Notes: generated from the sequence alone by a model not told the origin. Counted from the stretch's first letter, positions 1 through 9,845 are shown. The stretch is DNA of 39,100 nt from Candidatus Woesearchaeota archaeon (GCA_016185805.1 JACPMW010000009.1:1-39100); one strand, 5' to 3'. Translations and numbers: made by a program.

Positions 1-480
1 GACCAAGGCAAAATCATCAGTTGTAGCGTGATACTTTAGCATGTACTGCTGCGCCACCAGAGCATTTTGTGCTGGAAAATTCAGCCCCTCTGCCTGCTCA
101 TATACTCTCTCGGCAGCCATTAAAATCTCGTCAGTTATCTTCATCGAATTATTTGCAAGCAGCCTCTCAACCCCAACAACAAGTATATTATTATAACCAA
201 GCTTATTGGCTGTCCACAAGGCAGCCCCTCCGCCTCCACAAACAGCAGTCGCTGTCAGAATTGGTATCTTTTTTCTTAAGAGTCCATTCAGCACATTCGA
301 GAACAGCCTCTGCCTCTCTCCATTGCTTTCAGTATCAACTGCAGAGACTACGGCAGCTTCAATATCATCTACCTTAAAATCAGCATTTTCAATGGCCTCT
401 AGAGTAGCCTCGTAAACAAGCTCTTGGCTTGTGTCTGTCTGTGCCCCAAACTTGGTCATTCCAACGCCTTTAATATACAT
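1..480 (-). CDS. Thiolase (acetyl-CoA acetyltransferase, archaeal/SCP-x type), N-terminal part; runs off the left edge
   Basis: Absent from the ORF track. Manual translation from ATG at 480 gives MYIKGVGMTKFGAQ...EAIENAD...AVCGGGGAALWTA...ILVVGVE...FPAQNALVAQQYMLKY, with the thiolase N-terminal GVGMTKF motif and active-site Cys. GGGGG RBS-like run upstream; 10 bp downstream of fabZ. Confidence 0.88.
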   Translation of the reverse strand, partial: MYIKGVGMTKFGAQTDTSQELVYEATLEAIENADFKVDDIEAAVVSAVDTESNGERQRLFSNVLNGLLRKKIPILTATAVCGGGGAALWTANKLGYNNILVVGVERLLANNSMKITDEILMAAERVYEQAEGLNFPAQNALVAQQYMLKYHATTDDFALV

Positions 481-490
481 AGAAACCCCC

Positions 491-982
491 TTACCTAGAA
501 TATTTCGCCCTGAATTCTTGCTTATCGACAATCGCGAGCATAAGAAGAGCCTCAGCCACCAACTTTTCGCTGACAAGAGATTTTCCCTGCAAAATAGCTC
601 CCCTTTCATCCTGCGCCACAAGGTCAATTTCAAATCTGACTTTGGCTGGTGGCAATATTGGGGCAATAAATTTGACCTCTTTCAGCTTATGGGCAAGCAC
701 GTCCTTTTCTTTGTGATTTGGTATATTGCTTCTTGCCAATAATGTGGCCGCTTGCCCCATTCCTTCGACTGTCAACGCACCTGGCGTGATTGGAAAATCT
801 ACAAAGTGGCCCTTATAAAAATCCTCTTTGCCGGTAAAATCCTTAACTGCCACTATCCTATTGCTTGTTAGGCTTGTCACCCTGTCCAAAAATAAGAAAG
901 GCTTGTCATAAGGAATTATCTTCATGATGCCTTCTGTATCTATCTCTCCTTTGGCATTCTTCAGATCATTAATTGCGTCCAT
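491..982 (-). CDS. fabZ: 3-hydroxyacyl-(ACP/CoA) dehydratase, FabZ family hotdog fold
   Basis: IPYDKPFLFLDRV, FYKGHF..FPITPGALTVEGMGQ (catalytic His and Glu kept), VKFIAPILP. Confidence 0.88.
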   Translation of the reverse strand: MDAINDLKNAKGEIDTEGIMKIIPYDKPFLFLDRVTSLTSNRIVAVKDFTGKEDFYKGHFVDFPITPGALTVEGMGQAATLLARSNIPNHKEKDVLAHKLKEVKFIAPILPPAKVRFEIDLVAQDERGAILQGKSLVSEKLVAEALLMLAIVDKQEFRAKYSR

Positions 983-1113
983 TTTGCTGTTTTTACCTAC
1001 TTTAAGGCTGTTTAAAAAACTTTCTACTTTATTATTTTAGAATATAGATTTTAAAAAATATATAACAAAAGCAATGAAAAAACCTCAAAAAGTGCAAAAT
1101 TTTATATAAAAAG

Positions 1114-3054
1114 ATGCAAATTCTTGGTTATATGCTAAAAAACAGGAAAGCAAGGCTGAAAATAGGCCAAAGCCATAAATTTTTTGTTAATGCGCTGGAC
1201 AAAAGCCTTAAACTGCTTGAAAATTCCTACTCCTACTTAAAGAACTTTGCCCTAAAGGCAAAAGAAAAATTTCCTGCATTTTACAGGTATTTTGAAGCAT
1301 TGGCAAACCAGCATATAATCAAGCCAAGCAAAAATCTGTTTAACTCCTCCAAGATTGAGGACATGGGCAGCTTTATAACAGCCAACGTGATAAAAAGGCT
1401 TCCTAATGTTGATGAGGTTCAGGTGGAAAAGATATTGAGCGACCCTTCCAATAAATCTTTTTTGGAAATCCTGACAGAAGGCTTTGGCATAAATCAAGAC
1501 AAGGAAAAGACATATACAGTGCTCGGCAAAAATGGCTCCTTCAAGAGAATACTGATAGCAAATAGGGGGGAAATAGCGTTAAGGATAATAAGGGCTTGCC
1601 GGGAGCTCGGGGTAGGGAGCGTTGTCATATACTCTGAAGGGGAAAAAGATTCGCTTGCTGTAAAATTTGCCGACAAATCCTACAATATAGGAAAATCAAA
1701 AAACTATCTCGATATCAAGAAAATTGTCAAGCTTGCTAAGCAGGCGGATTGCGATGCAATTCATCCAGGCTATGGCTTTCTGGCAGAGAATTCTAAATTT
1801 GCCAATCTATGTGAAAAGAAAAAGATAAAGTTCATAGGGCCGTCTTCCAGGATGATAAAAAAGCTAGGCGATAAGGTAGAGGCAAAAAGGGCAATGCTAA
1901 AAGCAAGCATCCCCGTCATAGAAGGCATAAAGGAAGGGTTGAGAAGCAAACGGCATGCTTTAAAAGTTGCAAAAAGAATAGGCTTCCCGGTTATTTTGAA
2001 AGCATCTGCCGGCGGCGGAGGCAAGGGGATGCGGATTGTTACAAAACAAGAAGATGTCTTCAACGCTTATGAAAATGCAAAAAAAGAATCATTTAATGCC
2101 TTTGGAGAGGATTCTCTTTATATTGAAAAGTACCTTGAAGAGCCACGCCACATAGAATTTCAGGTATTGGCAGACAGGCACCACAGCGTGATTCATCTTG
2201 GAGAAAGGGATTGCAGCATACAAAGAAAGCACCAAAAATTAATTGAAGAGTCTCCAAGCCCTGCGCTTGACAATGAATTAAGGGAAATAATGGGAAACGC
2301 AGCTGTAAATGCAATAAAGGCAATTGGCTATGAGGGCGCAGGCACTGTAGAATTTTTACTGGATAAAAACAGGAATTTCTATTTTATCGAGATGAATACA
2401 AGGATACAGGTTGAGCATGGGGTAACCGAAATGGTGACTAATGTTGATCTTGTAAAAGAGCAGATAAAGCTTGCAGAGGGCGCGAAGCTTGCCTACAAGC
2501 AGGAAGACATCAAGGTTGACGGGCATGCCATAGAGTGCAGGATAAATGCAGAAGACTCAAGCAACGATTTCGCGCCTTCGCCAGGAACTATAACAAATTA
2601 TCTTCCTCCAGGGGGGCCTGGAATAAGGATAAGCAGCTCATGCCATTCAGGCTGCAGGATATCTCCCCAATTCGATTCTTTAATAGCCTTGCTGATATGC
2701 TACGGAAAGACAAGGCAGGAAGCCGTTGTGCGAATGAAGCGCGCTTTGCAGGAATTCATAATAGAAGGCGTCAAAACCACAATCCCGTTTCATCAGCTTG
2801 TTTTGGCCAAAAGGCAGTTTTTGAGAGGCAATGCAACAACATCCTTTATAGAAAACAACAACCTAATGGAAGAATTAAAAGGCGTAAAGCAGGAGAAAGA
2901 AAAAATGCCTAAGGAAAAGAAAGTCCTAATAGTGACAACTGCGGTATCACAGTATCTTGCGAAGAAGCACAATGGAATAAACAGCAAAAGGATGAATCCT
3001 TGGGTGATGGCAGCAAGGCAGGAGTCAATGAATGAAGGCGCTTTCGAGGAATAA
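1114..3054 (+). CDS. accC: Biotin carboxylase subunit of acetyl/propionyl-CoA carboxylase, with N- and C-terminal extensions
   Basis: ILIANRGEIA, IHPGYGFLAEN, KASAGGGGKGMR, ERDCSIQRKHQK, EMNTRIQVEH, ECRINAED. Confidence 0.95.
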   Translation: MQILGYMLKNRKARLKIGQSHKFFVNALDKSLKLLENSYSYLKNFALKAKEKFPAFYRYFEALANQHIIKPSKNLFNSSKIEDMGSFITANVIKRLPNVDEVQVEKILSDPSNKSFLEILTEGFGINQDKEKTYTVLGKNGSFKRILIANRGEIALRIIRACRELGVGSVVIYSEGEKDSLAVKFADKSYNIGKSKNYLDIKKIVKLAKQADCDAIHPGYGFLAENSKFANLCEKKKIKFIGPSSRMIKKLGDKVEAKRAMLKASIPVIEGIKEGLRSKRHALKVAKRIGFPVILKASAGGGGKGMRIVTKQEDVFNAYENAKKESFNAFGEDSLYIEKYLEEPRHIEFQVLADRHHSVIHLGERDCSIQRKHQKLIEESPSPALDNELREIMGNAAVNAIKAIGYEGAGTVEFLLDKNRNFYFIEMNTRIQVEHGVTEMVTNVDLVKEQIKLAEGAKLAYKQEDIKVDGHAIECRINAEDSSNDFAPSPGTITNYLPPGGPGIRISSSCHSGCRISPQFDSLIALLICYGKTRQEAVVRMKRALQEFIIEGVKTTIPFHQLVLAKRQFLRGNATTSFIENNNLMEELKGVKQEKEKMPKEKKVLIVTTAVSQYLAKKHNGINSKRMNPWVMAARQESMNEGAFEE

Positions 3055-3085
3055 TTTTAATATGTTTGTCTATTTTCTTTAGTCT

Positions 3086-3805
3086 ATGCATAAAGTATTT
3101 CATTTTAAATCTTTGCCTTCAACACAAGACAAGGCCAAAGAATTATACAAAAAAGGCTTAAGCAATATTGTAGTGGCGGCAGATTTCCAAACCAAAGGCA
3201 AGGGCAGGTTCAATCGCAAATGGCATTCCGGCAAAGGCGGCCTGTGGTTGTCAATTCCGCTAAAACTCAAAAACAAGGAAAAGCCGCAATATCTTACTTT
3301 TATCGCTGCAATTTCTGTTGTAGAGTCCATTAAAAAAATCTCAAAATTAAAAACAAGCATCAAATGGCCGAATGACATCCTTTATAACAAAAAGAAGCTA
3401 TGCGGCATCCTAACTAAAGGCATTTTCGGGAAAGATAGCTTTGTTATTGTCGGAATTGGCTTGAATGTCAATCAAACTAAATTCCCAAATGAAATCAGAA
3501 ACACAGCAACTTCGTTAAGGATGATAAAGCACAGATTTTTCAGCATCAAAAGCCTAATGAATGAAATAATCAACAATTTCTTTTTTCTTTACCATGATTA
3601 CTACACAAAAAATGAACTTAATCATATAACCAAACTTTGGAAGAAACACTGCGGTACAATAGGTAAAGATATAATTGTCGTAACAAGTACAAAGAAAATC
3701 TATGGGAAGGCAGTTGGAATAGACAATAACTGCAGTTTGCTGTTGAAATTAAAAAGCAAAAGAATAATAAGAATAGCTGAAGGCGACATAAAAATAAGGT
3801 ACTAG
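3086..3805 (+). CDS. birA: Biotin-protein ligase (class I, no N-terminal HTH)
   Basis: STQD, QTKGKGRFNRKW, IKWPND, KLCGIL, VGIGLNV. Confidence 0.93.
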   Translation: MHKVFHFKSLPSTQDKAKELYKKGLSNIVVAADFQTKGKGRFNRKWHSGKGGLWLSIPLKLKNKEKPQYLTFIAAISVVESIKKISKLKTSIKWPNDILYNKKKLCGILTKGIFGKDSFVIVGIGLNVNQTKFPNEIRNTATSLRMIKHRFFSIKSLMNEIINNFFFLYHDYYTKNELNHITKLWKKHCGTIGKDIIVVTSTKKIYGKAVGIDNNCSLLLKLKSKRIIRIAEGDIKIRY

Positions 3806-4212
3806 CCAATCTTAAGCCTTTTCCTTATATCGTTGGGTATTTTCATCGACTTCATCCTTTTTTTATCTACAAAAACATTTATTGTGTAGCCTGATGCCAA
3901 CAGTTTTTTGTCTTTTTTCCTGTAAATCTTCTGCTCAAATTTCACGCTTTTTTCCTTCAACTCTGAAATTCTTGATTCAACTACAACAATATCATCGTAC
4001 CTTGCGGGATGGAAATAATTGCAATGCGCTTCCACAACTGGGGTGATTATTCCCCTCTTGTCAAGTGCGTTGTAGTCAATTTTCAGGCTTCTGAATATCT
4101 CCCTCCTTCCGCTCTCAAACCACCTGAAATAATTGGCATAGTATACAACCTGTCCCGCATCCGTATCAGCGTAAATAACCCTGTGCTCAATCTTATGCAT
4201 GAATAACGGCAT
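3802..4212 (-). CDS. Acyl-CoA thioesterase, YbgC/FadM (4HBT) family
   Basis: RVIYADTDAGQVVYYANYFRWFESGR motif; hotdog-fold size. Confidence 0.9.
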   Translation of the reverse strand: MPLFMHKIEHRVIYADTDAGQVVYYANYFRWFESGRREIFRSLKIDYNALDKRGIITPVVEAHCNYFHPARYDDIVVVESRISELKEKSVKFEQKIYRKKDKKLLASGYTINVFVDKKRMKSMKIPNDIRKRLKIG

Positions 4213-4275
4213 TTAGAAGTTGTATATATTTATTTCCACAATCTTTTTAAAAGATATGGCTTAACCAATGCACAA

Positions 4276-4503
4276 ATGTCAGTCTTAAGGAATGTCCCTA
4301 TTTTAAGAAAGCTTCTGGAGATAGTTTATGCAATGCTCCTTGTCGTTATATTGAGCGTGTTGGTTGGCCTTATTCTCGCATTTCCAGTCATGTGGCTGTG
4401 GAACTTTATATTTGGGAGCCTGTATAAGATAAATGTTTTTCAGGCATGGGCATTAAATGTGCTTGCAGGCATCTTGTTTGGGCAGAAAAATTCTAATAAA
4501 TAA
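4276..4503 (+). CDS. Small membrane protein, unknown function
   Basis: 75 aa, two hydrophobic segments; TATA-like TTTTTAAA about 25 bp upstream. Confidence 0.7.
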   Translation: MSVLRNVPILRKLLEIVYAMLLVVILSVLVGLILAFPVMWLWNFIFGSLYKINVFQAWALNVLAGILFGQKNSNK

Positions 4504-4519
4504 GGATATAATAGCATAG

Positions 4520-6874
4520 GTGTGGAATATCTTAAGCTTACCCAAGAGCATTATAACAAGAGATAAATTATTCTTGCCTCAAGTAGAGTTTGGGCTTTTT
4601 GCATCTGGAATTGAAAATTTTGGGGGTTTCAATGAAGATTCCTTGGAGGGCAGCGGCCCAAAAAGAGAAAGAGCTGAAGCTGATTTTAAAGCAGAAGAGC
4701 CAAAGCTGGAAACACAGGCGGCATTCCCCTCCCCATTATTTCTGGACGATTTAATAGTTCCTATCAATGCAGGCAATTTGGAAAAAAAGGCTTTTTTTGT
4801 TGCCAATTCAATTGGGTCAGCAAATACAATTCTTGGCTATTTATTGCCTAATCCCAAACTTGGAGCTGCCAACAGCTTAAATCCACGATATTTAGTCTAC
4901 AAGGCTCTTGAATTTCCAGCGCAGAAGTATGCAGGATATGCATTGCCTCAGGATGATTCAGCCTATCAAAATGAGACAGTTTACAATCTATCGCCAAGCC
5001 CGTCATTTTCCTACCAGCCAGCTTGGCAAGGCGAAACAAAACATTACAGTTTCCCGCTAATTAAGCCTGAAGAATTCTCCGCGCCTCAGTTTGTTTATGC
5101 CCAATCAAATTTGGCTCCAAACTATGACATGCCAAAGCCCGCAATTGAAGCCTTAAATGGCAGTTATTGGCAAACCACTTCCAGATTTATTGGTGTTTAT
5201 GAGCCAACAGGCGCAAAATTAGGGGAAGAAAAAGTTCATAGAAAGACTTTGGAAAATGTAATTGCAAAAACAGAAATACATATGAATGTAACTCAATCAC
5301 AAATACCTCAAGCGCCTCAGCCAACACAGCCCTCATCAAGATATGGAAGAGGCGTAGATTTCATAGTAAACTCCCATTTTTCTGGAAAATTATCGCTGCC
5401 TTATGAAACCACACCAAAATTCCAAATTCCTGTTTTAGGAATTTCTTTAGGGGCTATTCTAGCCATCCTGAATCCTTTCAGAGCAAGCGATTATAATAAA
5501 ACTCAAAACAATGCCTTGCATAATTATCAAAAGCCCGACATAACAAAAACAGTTGTTATGGCATCCAAAGTACAGCAATATATCCTTGAGGAAATCCAAA
5601 ATGGAAATCCTGAAAACGAAAATTCAGGTAAAAATACTCATGCACAAAAAACTACACAAATTGTGGTCACCGAAGGAAAAACTCAAAATTCAACTGTTAT
5701 TTACTTGAGCAATTACAGAAGTCCTAGGAAAAGGAATAATCCATTTTGGCAGCCAAGAGATATAAGAAGCAAGTATAAGGCAATATTGAGAGACTCAAGC
5801 AGAAAATTAAGAGAAATTGCTAAAAAAAGCAGTGATTATGCACTAACTTCAGCCAAGAAAGTTGGCAATCAGTTCTATGCAAATGCGAAAAGCCTTTACA
5901 CAAAACTTAAAGGAAGAATAGAATCAACTATTGACAATTATCGTGCAGGTCAAACTATAGATATTTCAGAATCACTAAGTGCAAGAATAAATTCATATAA
6001 TCAATTAAATCCTAACGCAAATCTGGAGTCACTGCAGGATGGAGCCAAATATCTTGAAGAAAAGTCCGGGGGAAAAGTATCTTATATAATTATAGATTCG
6101 GTGACAGGAGAGATAATAGCAGAAAGAAATGCAGACGATATGGTATCTAATGGCTCAATGTCAAAAATTTTTATTTTAAGGCAGATTCTGGAATTATCTC
6201 AACAAGGAAAAATAAATTTAGAATCAGAATTGAAATTAAGAAATTCTCAACATCCAAAGAATTACACACCAACTGGAAAACCTACTACAATAAGGGAAGC
6301 TTGTAGAGAAATGGTTAGTGACGAAAATGGAAATAGCAACTTAGTCACGAATGCGTTGCTGGAGCTAATTGGAATAAAAAGAACAAATAAAATGCTACAA
6401 CAGCAGGGCTACAATGAAACAGTTTTTGTTGATTATTACAGACCAAAAGATCTTTATAGAGGCAATAAAACATCAGCACGAGATACTGCAAGTGAAATGT
6501 TTAGACTGAAAAATGGTATAGGCCTTGATGAATATCACCACAAAGTTGCATTAGAGAGTTTAGATGGGAGGTATATGACTTATCCAATTTCTAAAAAGCC
6601 TCAGAGGCTAAATACAGAGAAAATTATAATTAAACATGGACAAACTGAGCAGGATATTAGCCTAGCTTGTGGGATCGAAGGAGTAAATAACAATGGTGAA
6701 ACCTTTAACAGTATCCTTGTTTACATTGATAGCGATATTAACAAGAGATTGGTAAAGAAAGATTTTAAAACTCCCACATCGTCTGGCTCCGGTATAATGA
6801 ATCTGTTTATTAATACATTGAGACAGGCATGCACAATAGCTCAAGAATACGTATCTTATAAAAAACCCGCTTAA
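4520..6874 (+). CDS. Large protein with C-terminal class A beta-lactamase-like serine hydrolase domain
   Basis: NADDMVSNGSMSK (SxxK), SNLVTNALL (SDN-like), NKTSARD, IKHG (KTG-like). Long low-complexity N-terminus with one hydrophobic stretch. Start codon uncertain (GTG). Confidence 0.75.
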   Translation: MWNILSLPKSIITRDKLFLPQVEFGLFASGIENFGGFNEDSLEGSGPKRERAEADFKAEEPKLETQAAFPSPLFLDDLIVPINAGNLEKKAFFVANSIGSANTILGYLLPNPKLGAANSLNPRYLVYKALEFPAQKYAGYALPQDDSAYQNETVYNLSPSPSFSYQPAWQGETKHYSFPLIKPEEFSAPQFVYAQSNLAPNYDMPKPAIEALNGSYWQTTSRFIGVYEPTGAKLGEEKVHRKTLENVIAKTEIHMNVTQSQIPQAPQPTQPSSRYGRGVDFIVNSHFSGKLSLPYETTPKFQIPVLGISLGAILAILNPFRASDYNKTQNNALHNYQKPDITKTVVMASKVQQYILEEIQNGNPENENSGKNTHAQKTTQIVVTEGKTQNSTVIYLSNYRSPRKRNNPFWQPRDIRSKYKAILRDSSRKLREIAKKSSDYALTSAKKVGNQFYANAKSLYTKLKGRIESTIDNYRAGQTIDISESLSARINSYNQLNPNANLESLQDGAKYLEEKSGGKVSYIIIDSVTGEIIAERNADDMVSNGSMSKIFILRQILELSQQGKINLESELKLRNSQHPKNYTPTGKPTTIREACREMVSDENGNSNLVTNALLELIGIKRTNKMLQQQGYNETVFVDYYRPKDLYRGNKTSARDTASEMFRLKNGIGLDEYHHKVALESLDGRYMTYPISKKPQRLNTEKIIIKHGQTEQDISLACGIEGVNNNGETFNSILVYIDSDINKRLVKKDFKTPTSSGSGIMNLFINTLRQACTIAQEYVSYKKPA

Positions 6875-7264
6875 TCACTCCAAAACAGCCAGCACATCGC
6901 CCTTGTTGACATTGTCGTTCTTCTTGACTTTGATTTCTTTGATTATGCCGTCCCTTGGCGATGCGATATCATTCTCCATTTTCATTGCCATAAGAGTGAA
7001 TAAGCTTTGGCCCTGCTTTACCTGCTCTTTTTGCTTTGCCTTCACATCATAAATTATGCCAGGCAGCGGCGCTGTTATCTCAAGCTTTCCTTCCCCAGTC
7101 GCTTGTTTTTTATGGAGCCTTTCGACAGCGGATTGCTCAATGTCTTTTTTTGTCTCAACCTCATAAACTTCTCCTTCACAATGAACAAGAATTTTGCCCT
7201 CTTCTGTCTCCTCTATAAGAACCTTGTATTCTTTGCCGTCAACCTTAACAACTATCTCTTCCAT
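6875..7264 (-). CDS. Biotin carboxyl carrier protein
   Basis: ITAPLPG, AMKMENDI biotinylation motif, VNKGDVL. Confidence 0.93.
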   Translation of the reverse strand: MEEIVVKVDGKEYKVLIEETEEGKILVHCEGEVYEVETKKDIEQSAVERLHKKQATGEGKLEITAPLPGIIYDVKAKQKEQVKQGQSLFTLMAMKMENDIASPRDGIIKEIKVKKNDNVNKGDVLAVLE

Positions 7265-7298
7265 TCAACGGCGAAGTCCGTTGATGCCTTGCGGGACA

Positions 7299-7352
7299 TG
7301 TCGAAAATCAATATTTTCGAGCATGATCGAAAATGCGTAGCATTTATCGACA
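7299..7352. repeat. Cruciform intergenic repeat, copy 1 (TGTC-hairpin-GAGCATGATC-hairpin-GACA)
   Basis: TGTC GAAAATCAATATTTTC GAGCATGATC GAAAATGCGTAGCATTTATC GACA; same layout at 13114 and 24882. Confidence 0.85.
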
Positions 7353-7395
7353 TAAAGTCCCGAGTGCTCACTTCGTTCGCAACCTCCTTTCATTT

Positions 7396-8910
7396 TCATA
7401 GTGGCATATTGCCGTGCTTTTTTGCAGGCTTTTTCTCTCTCTTGGAAAGAAGCATCTCAAGGCATTTTATCAAGGAAATCCTAGCCTCTCTTGGCTCGAT
7501 TATCATGTCGACCTTGCCAAGCTTTGCAGCAGCATAGGGATTAAGGTACTTTTCTGTGTAATCCTTTATTAATTCCCCTCTCACTTTTGGATTTTTGCCG
7601 ATTTCATCCTTGTTTATTATGCTGACAGCCTGCTCCGCACCCATTACTGCAATCTCCGCATAAGGCAAGGCAATAACCTTGTCAAAGCCCATGTCTTTTG
7701 ATACCATTGCAATATAAGCCCCTCCGTAAGCTTTCCTCAAGACAAGAGATATCTTGGGAACTGTAGCTTCCGAGTAAGCAAAAAGCACTTTTGCACCATG
7801 CCTTATAATTCCATTATGCTCCTGCTCAGCGCCGGGCAGATAGCCCGTCACATCAACCAGGTTTATTAGTGGGATATTAAAGCAGTCGCAAAACCTTACA
7901 AATCTTGCAATCTTGAAAGAAGAATTGATGTCAAGGCAGCCTGCAAGCACTTTTGGCTGGTTCGCAACTACTCCAACAACGTTTCCGTTAAGCCTGGACA
8001 ATCCAACAACTATATTGGCTGCGTAGCCTGCCTGCACCTCAAAAAAAGACCTTTTGTCAAAGATTTCAGAAATCACGTCTTTCATATCATAGGTCTTTTT
8101 TGGGTCTTCCGGAATAATTGATTCAAGCTTTTTAGTCTCCCTGGCTGCATCATCATTCACATGATGTGGAGTGCTCTCAAGATTGTTCTGCGGCAGGTAG
8201 CTGAGCAAAGCCTTAATCATGTCCAGGCACTCTTTTTCATTTTCAGCCATAAAATGGGCTACACCGCTCTTTTCATTATGGGATGCAGCGCCGCCAAGCT
8301 TCTCGAAGTCGATTGACTCTCCTGTTACTGTTTTCACAACATCGGGCCCGGTAATGAACATATAGCTTGTCTTCTTCACCATCAAAATAAAGTCTGTCAG
8401 GGCAGGAGAATAAACAGCTATTCCGGCACATGGCCCCATAATCGCGGAAATCTGCGGCACAATGCCCGACATCATTGTGTTAAGCTGGAATATTCTGCCG
8501 CCTGTATCCAAAGCAGATATGCCTTCCTGTATCCTTGCCCCTCCAGAATCAAGCAAACCAATGCATGGGCATCCGGTCTTTAGGGACAATTCCATAACAT
8601 TTGCAATCTTTTTATTATGCATCTCCCCCATCGAGCCCCCCATAAAAGAAAAATCCTGCGCATAAACATAAACAGGCTTCTTGCTTATTGTGCCATAGCC
8701 TGTTATTACACCATCCCCAGTCTTTTTCTTCTCAAGCTGTTTCTGGTGCTCTGCAAATGCATCAAGCTCAACAAAAGAATTCTCATCAAGCAAATATTTC
8801 AGCCTCTCTCTTGCTGTCAATTTGCCTTTCTTGTGCTGCAGCTCAGCAGCCTGCCTGTCGCTTTGCAGCTCTTTGCCCCTCTCAAGAAACTCCTTAAGCT
8901 TTTCCCCCAT
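7396..8910 (-). CDS. Acyl-CoA carboxylase carboxyltransferase (PccB/AccD-like beta subunit)
   Basis: GKLTARERL, QDFSFMGGSMG, DSGGARIQEG, GPCAG, DVTGYLPGAEQE, RKAYGGAY, KKHGNMPL. Confidence 0.95.
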   Translation of the reverse strand: MGEKLKEFLERGKELQSDRQAAELQHKKGKLTARERLKYLLDENSFVELDAFAEHQKQLEKKKTGDGVITGYGTISKKPVYVYAQDFSFMGGSMGEMHNKKIANVMELSLKTGCPCIGLLDSGGARIQEGISALDTGGRIFQLNTMMSGIVPQISAIMGPCAGIAVYSPALTDFILMVKKTSYMFITGPDVVKTVTGESIDFEKLGGAASHNEKSGVAHFMAENEKECLDMIKALLSYLPQNNLESTPHHVNDDAARETKKLESIIPEDPKKTYDMKDVISEIFDKRSFFEVQAGYAANIVVGLSRLNGNVVGVVANQPKVLAGCLDINSSFKIARFVRFCDCFNIPLINLVDVTGYLPGAEQEHNGIIRHGAKVLFAYSEATVPKISLVLRKAYGGAYIAMVSKDMGFDKVIALPYAEIAVMGAEQAVSIINKDEIGKNPKVRGELIKDYTEKYLNPYAAAKLGKVDMIIEPREARISLIKCLEMLLSKREKKPAKKHGNMPL

Positions 8911-8962
8911 ACTTCAAGCTTATGAATAATGCTTTAAAAAGGTTTTCACAGCATCACAGCAA

Positions 8963-9000
8963 TGAGGGACACTCATTACATTGTACATTGCATGGGTCTC
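8963..9000. repeat. Short imperfect palindromic intergenic repeat (family 2), copy 1
   Basis: 29/38 identical to the reverse complement of 38638-38675. Confidence 0.6.
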
Positions 9001-9040
9001 TTTCGGGATTGAAATTAAATATTTGTCCTTAATGTTTGAT

Positions 9041-9760
9041 TTAAAATAACTTAAATCCCCTGCTTTCTGTTGTTCCTATTACGCCTCCATCAACAATCTT
9101 GAACAATATCTCTTTTTCCTCTCCAATGCTCCTGTGCTTTTTCAATATCGCTCTTCGGTTTCCATTTGGGGTTATCTGCAGTTCAATCAGGCATTTGCTG
9201 CCATACTTCAAAATGTCTCCCCCGACTATATTGACCTTGTCTTTGGTGTCAAAATCAGCATATACCTGGTTTGCAATCAGGACAGGAATATTTTTTTTCC
9301 TTGCAATCTCAGTCAGGTAAGATATCTGCTTGCTAAGCTCGATATTCACTTCATGTATGTCCTCATTCTTTCCCAGCTCCAGCCTGTAAAGCATCGCTAT
9401 AGTGTCAACGATTATCAGTCCAATCTTGTCATTGACAACGCTTTTTAGCTTCTCAAATGATTTTTTTTGCTCAGCAAAGCTTGTCGGCTTCAGAAAAATG
9501 ATATTGTCAAGCAGCTTTTTGTAATCTTGGCTTATGTGGGAAGCTATCTGCTTCAGCCTCTCAAGAGAAAACCCTCCCTCGCAGTCAACGTAAACAACCT
9601 TTTTGCTGTCCTTTGCCACGTTTACGGCGCAAAGAATGCAAAGGACAGTCTTGCCGGAGCCCGCCGGCCCGTATATTGTAGTTATCACATCCTTTTCATA
9701 GCCGCCCTTCAGCATCTCGTCAAGCACCTTGCTTCCGGTTGCCAGCTTGTTGTCCTCCAT
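9041..9760 (-). CDS. radB: DNA repair and recombination protein RadB
   Basis: GG..IYGPAGSGKT Walker A, LIIVDT Walker B, NQV, GGDILKY, C-terminal KHR motif; no RadA N-terminal domain. Confidence 0.92.
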   Translation of the reverse strand: MEDNKLATGSKVLDEMLKGGYEKDVITTIYGPAGSGKTVLCILCAVNVAKDSKKVVYVDCEGGFSLERLKQIASHISQDYKKLLDNIIFLKPTSFAEQKKSFEKLKSVVNDKIGLIIVDTIAMLYRLELGKNEDIHEVNIELSKQISYLTEIARKKNIPVLIANQVYADFDTKDKVNIVGGDILKYGSKCLIELQITPNGNRRAILKKHRSIGEEKEILFKIVDGGVIGTTESRGFKLF

Positions 9761-9845
9761 TCATGGAAGATGCTTTAGCTATTTTATAAAACTTGTTCTA
9801 TTTTTTTCGGGAAAATTTAAATAAGGACATGATATCTTTGCCCAT

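Noticed and set aside
69..742. Plus-strand ORFs 69-377, 206-415 and 431-742 (and similar antisense ORFs throughout, e.g. 7007-7537, 37922-38479)
   Set aside because: Shadow ORFs opposite well-supported genes such as thiolase and fabZ.
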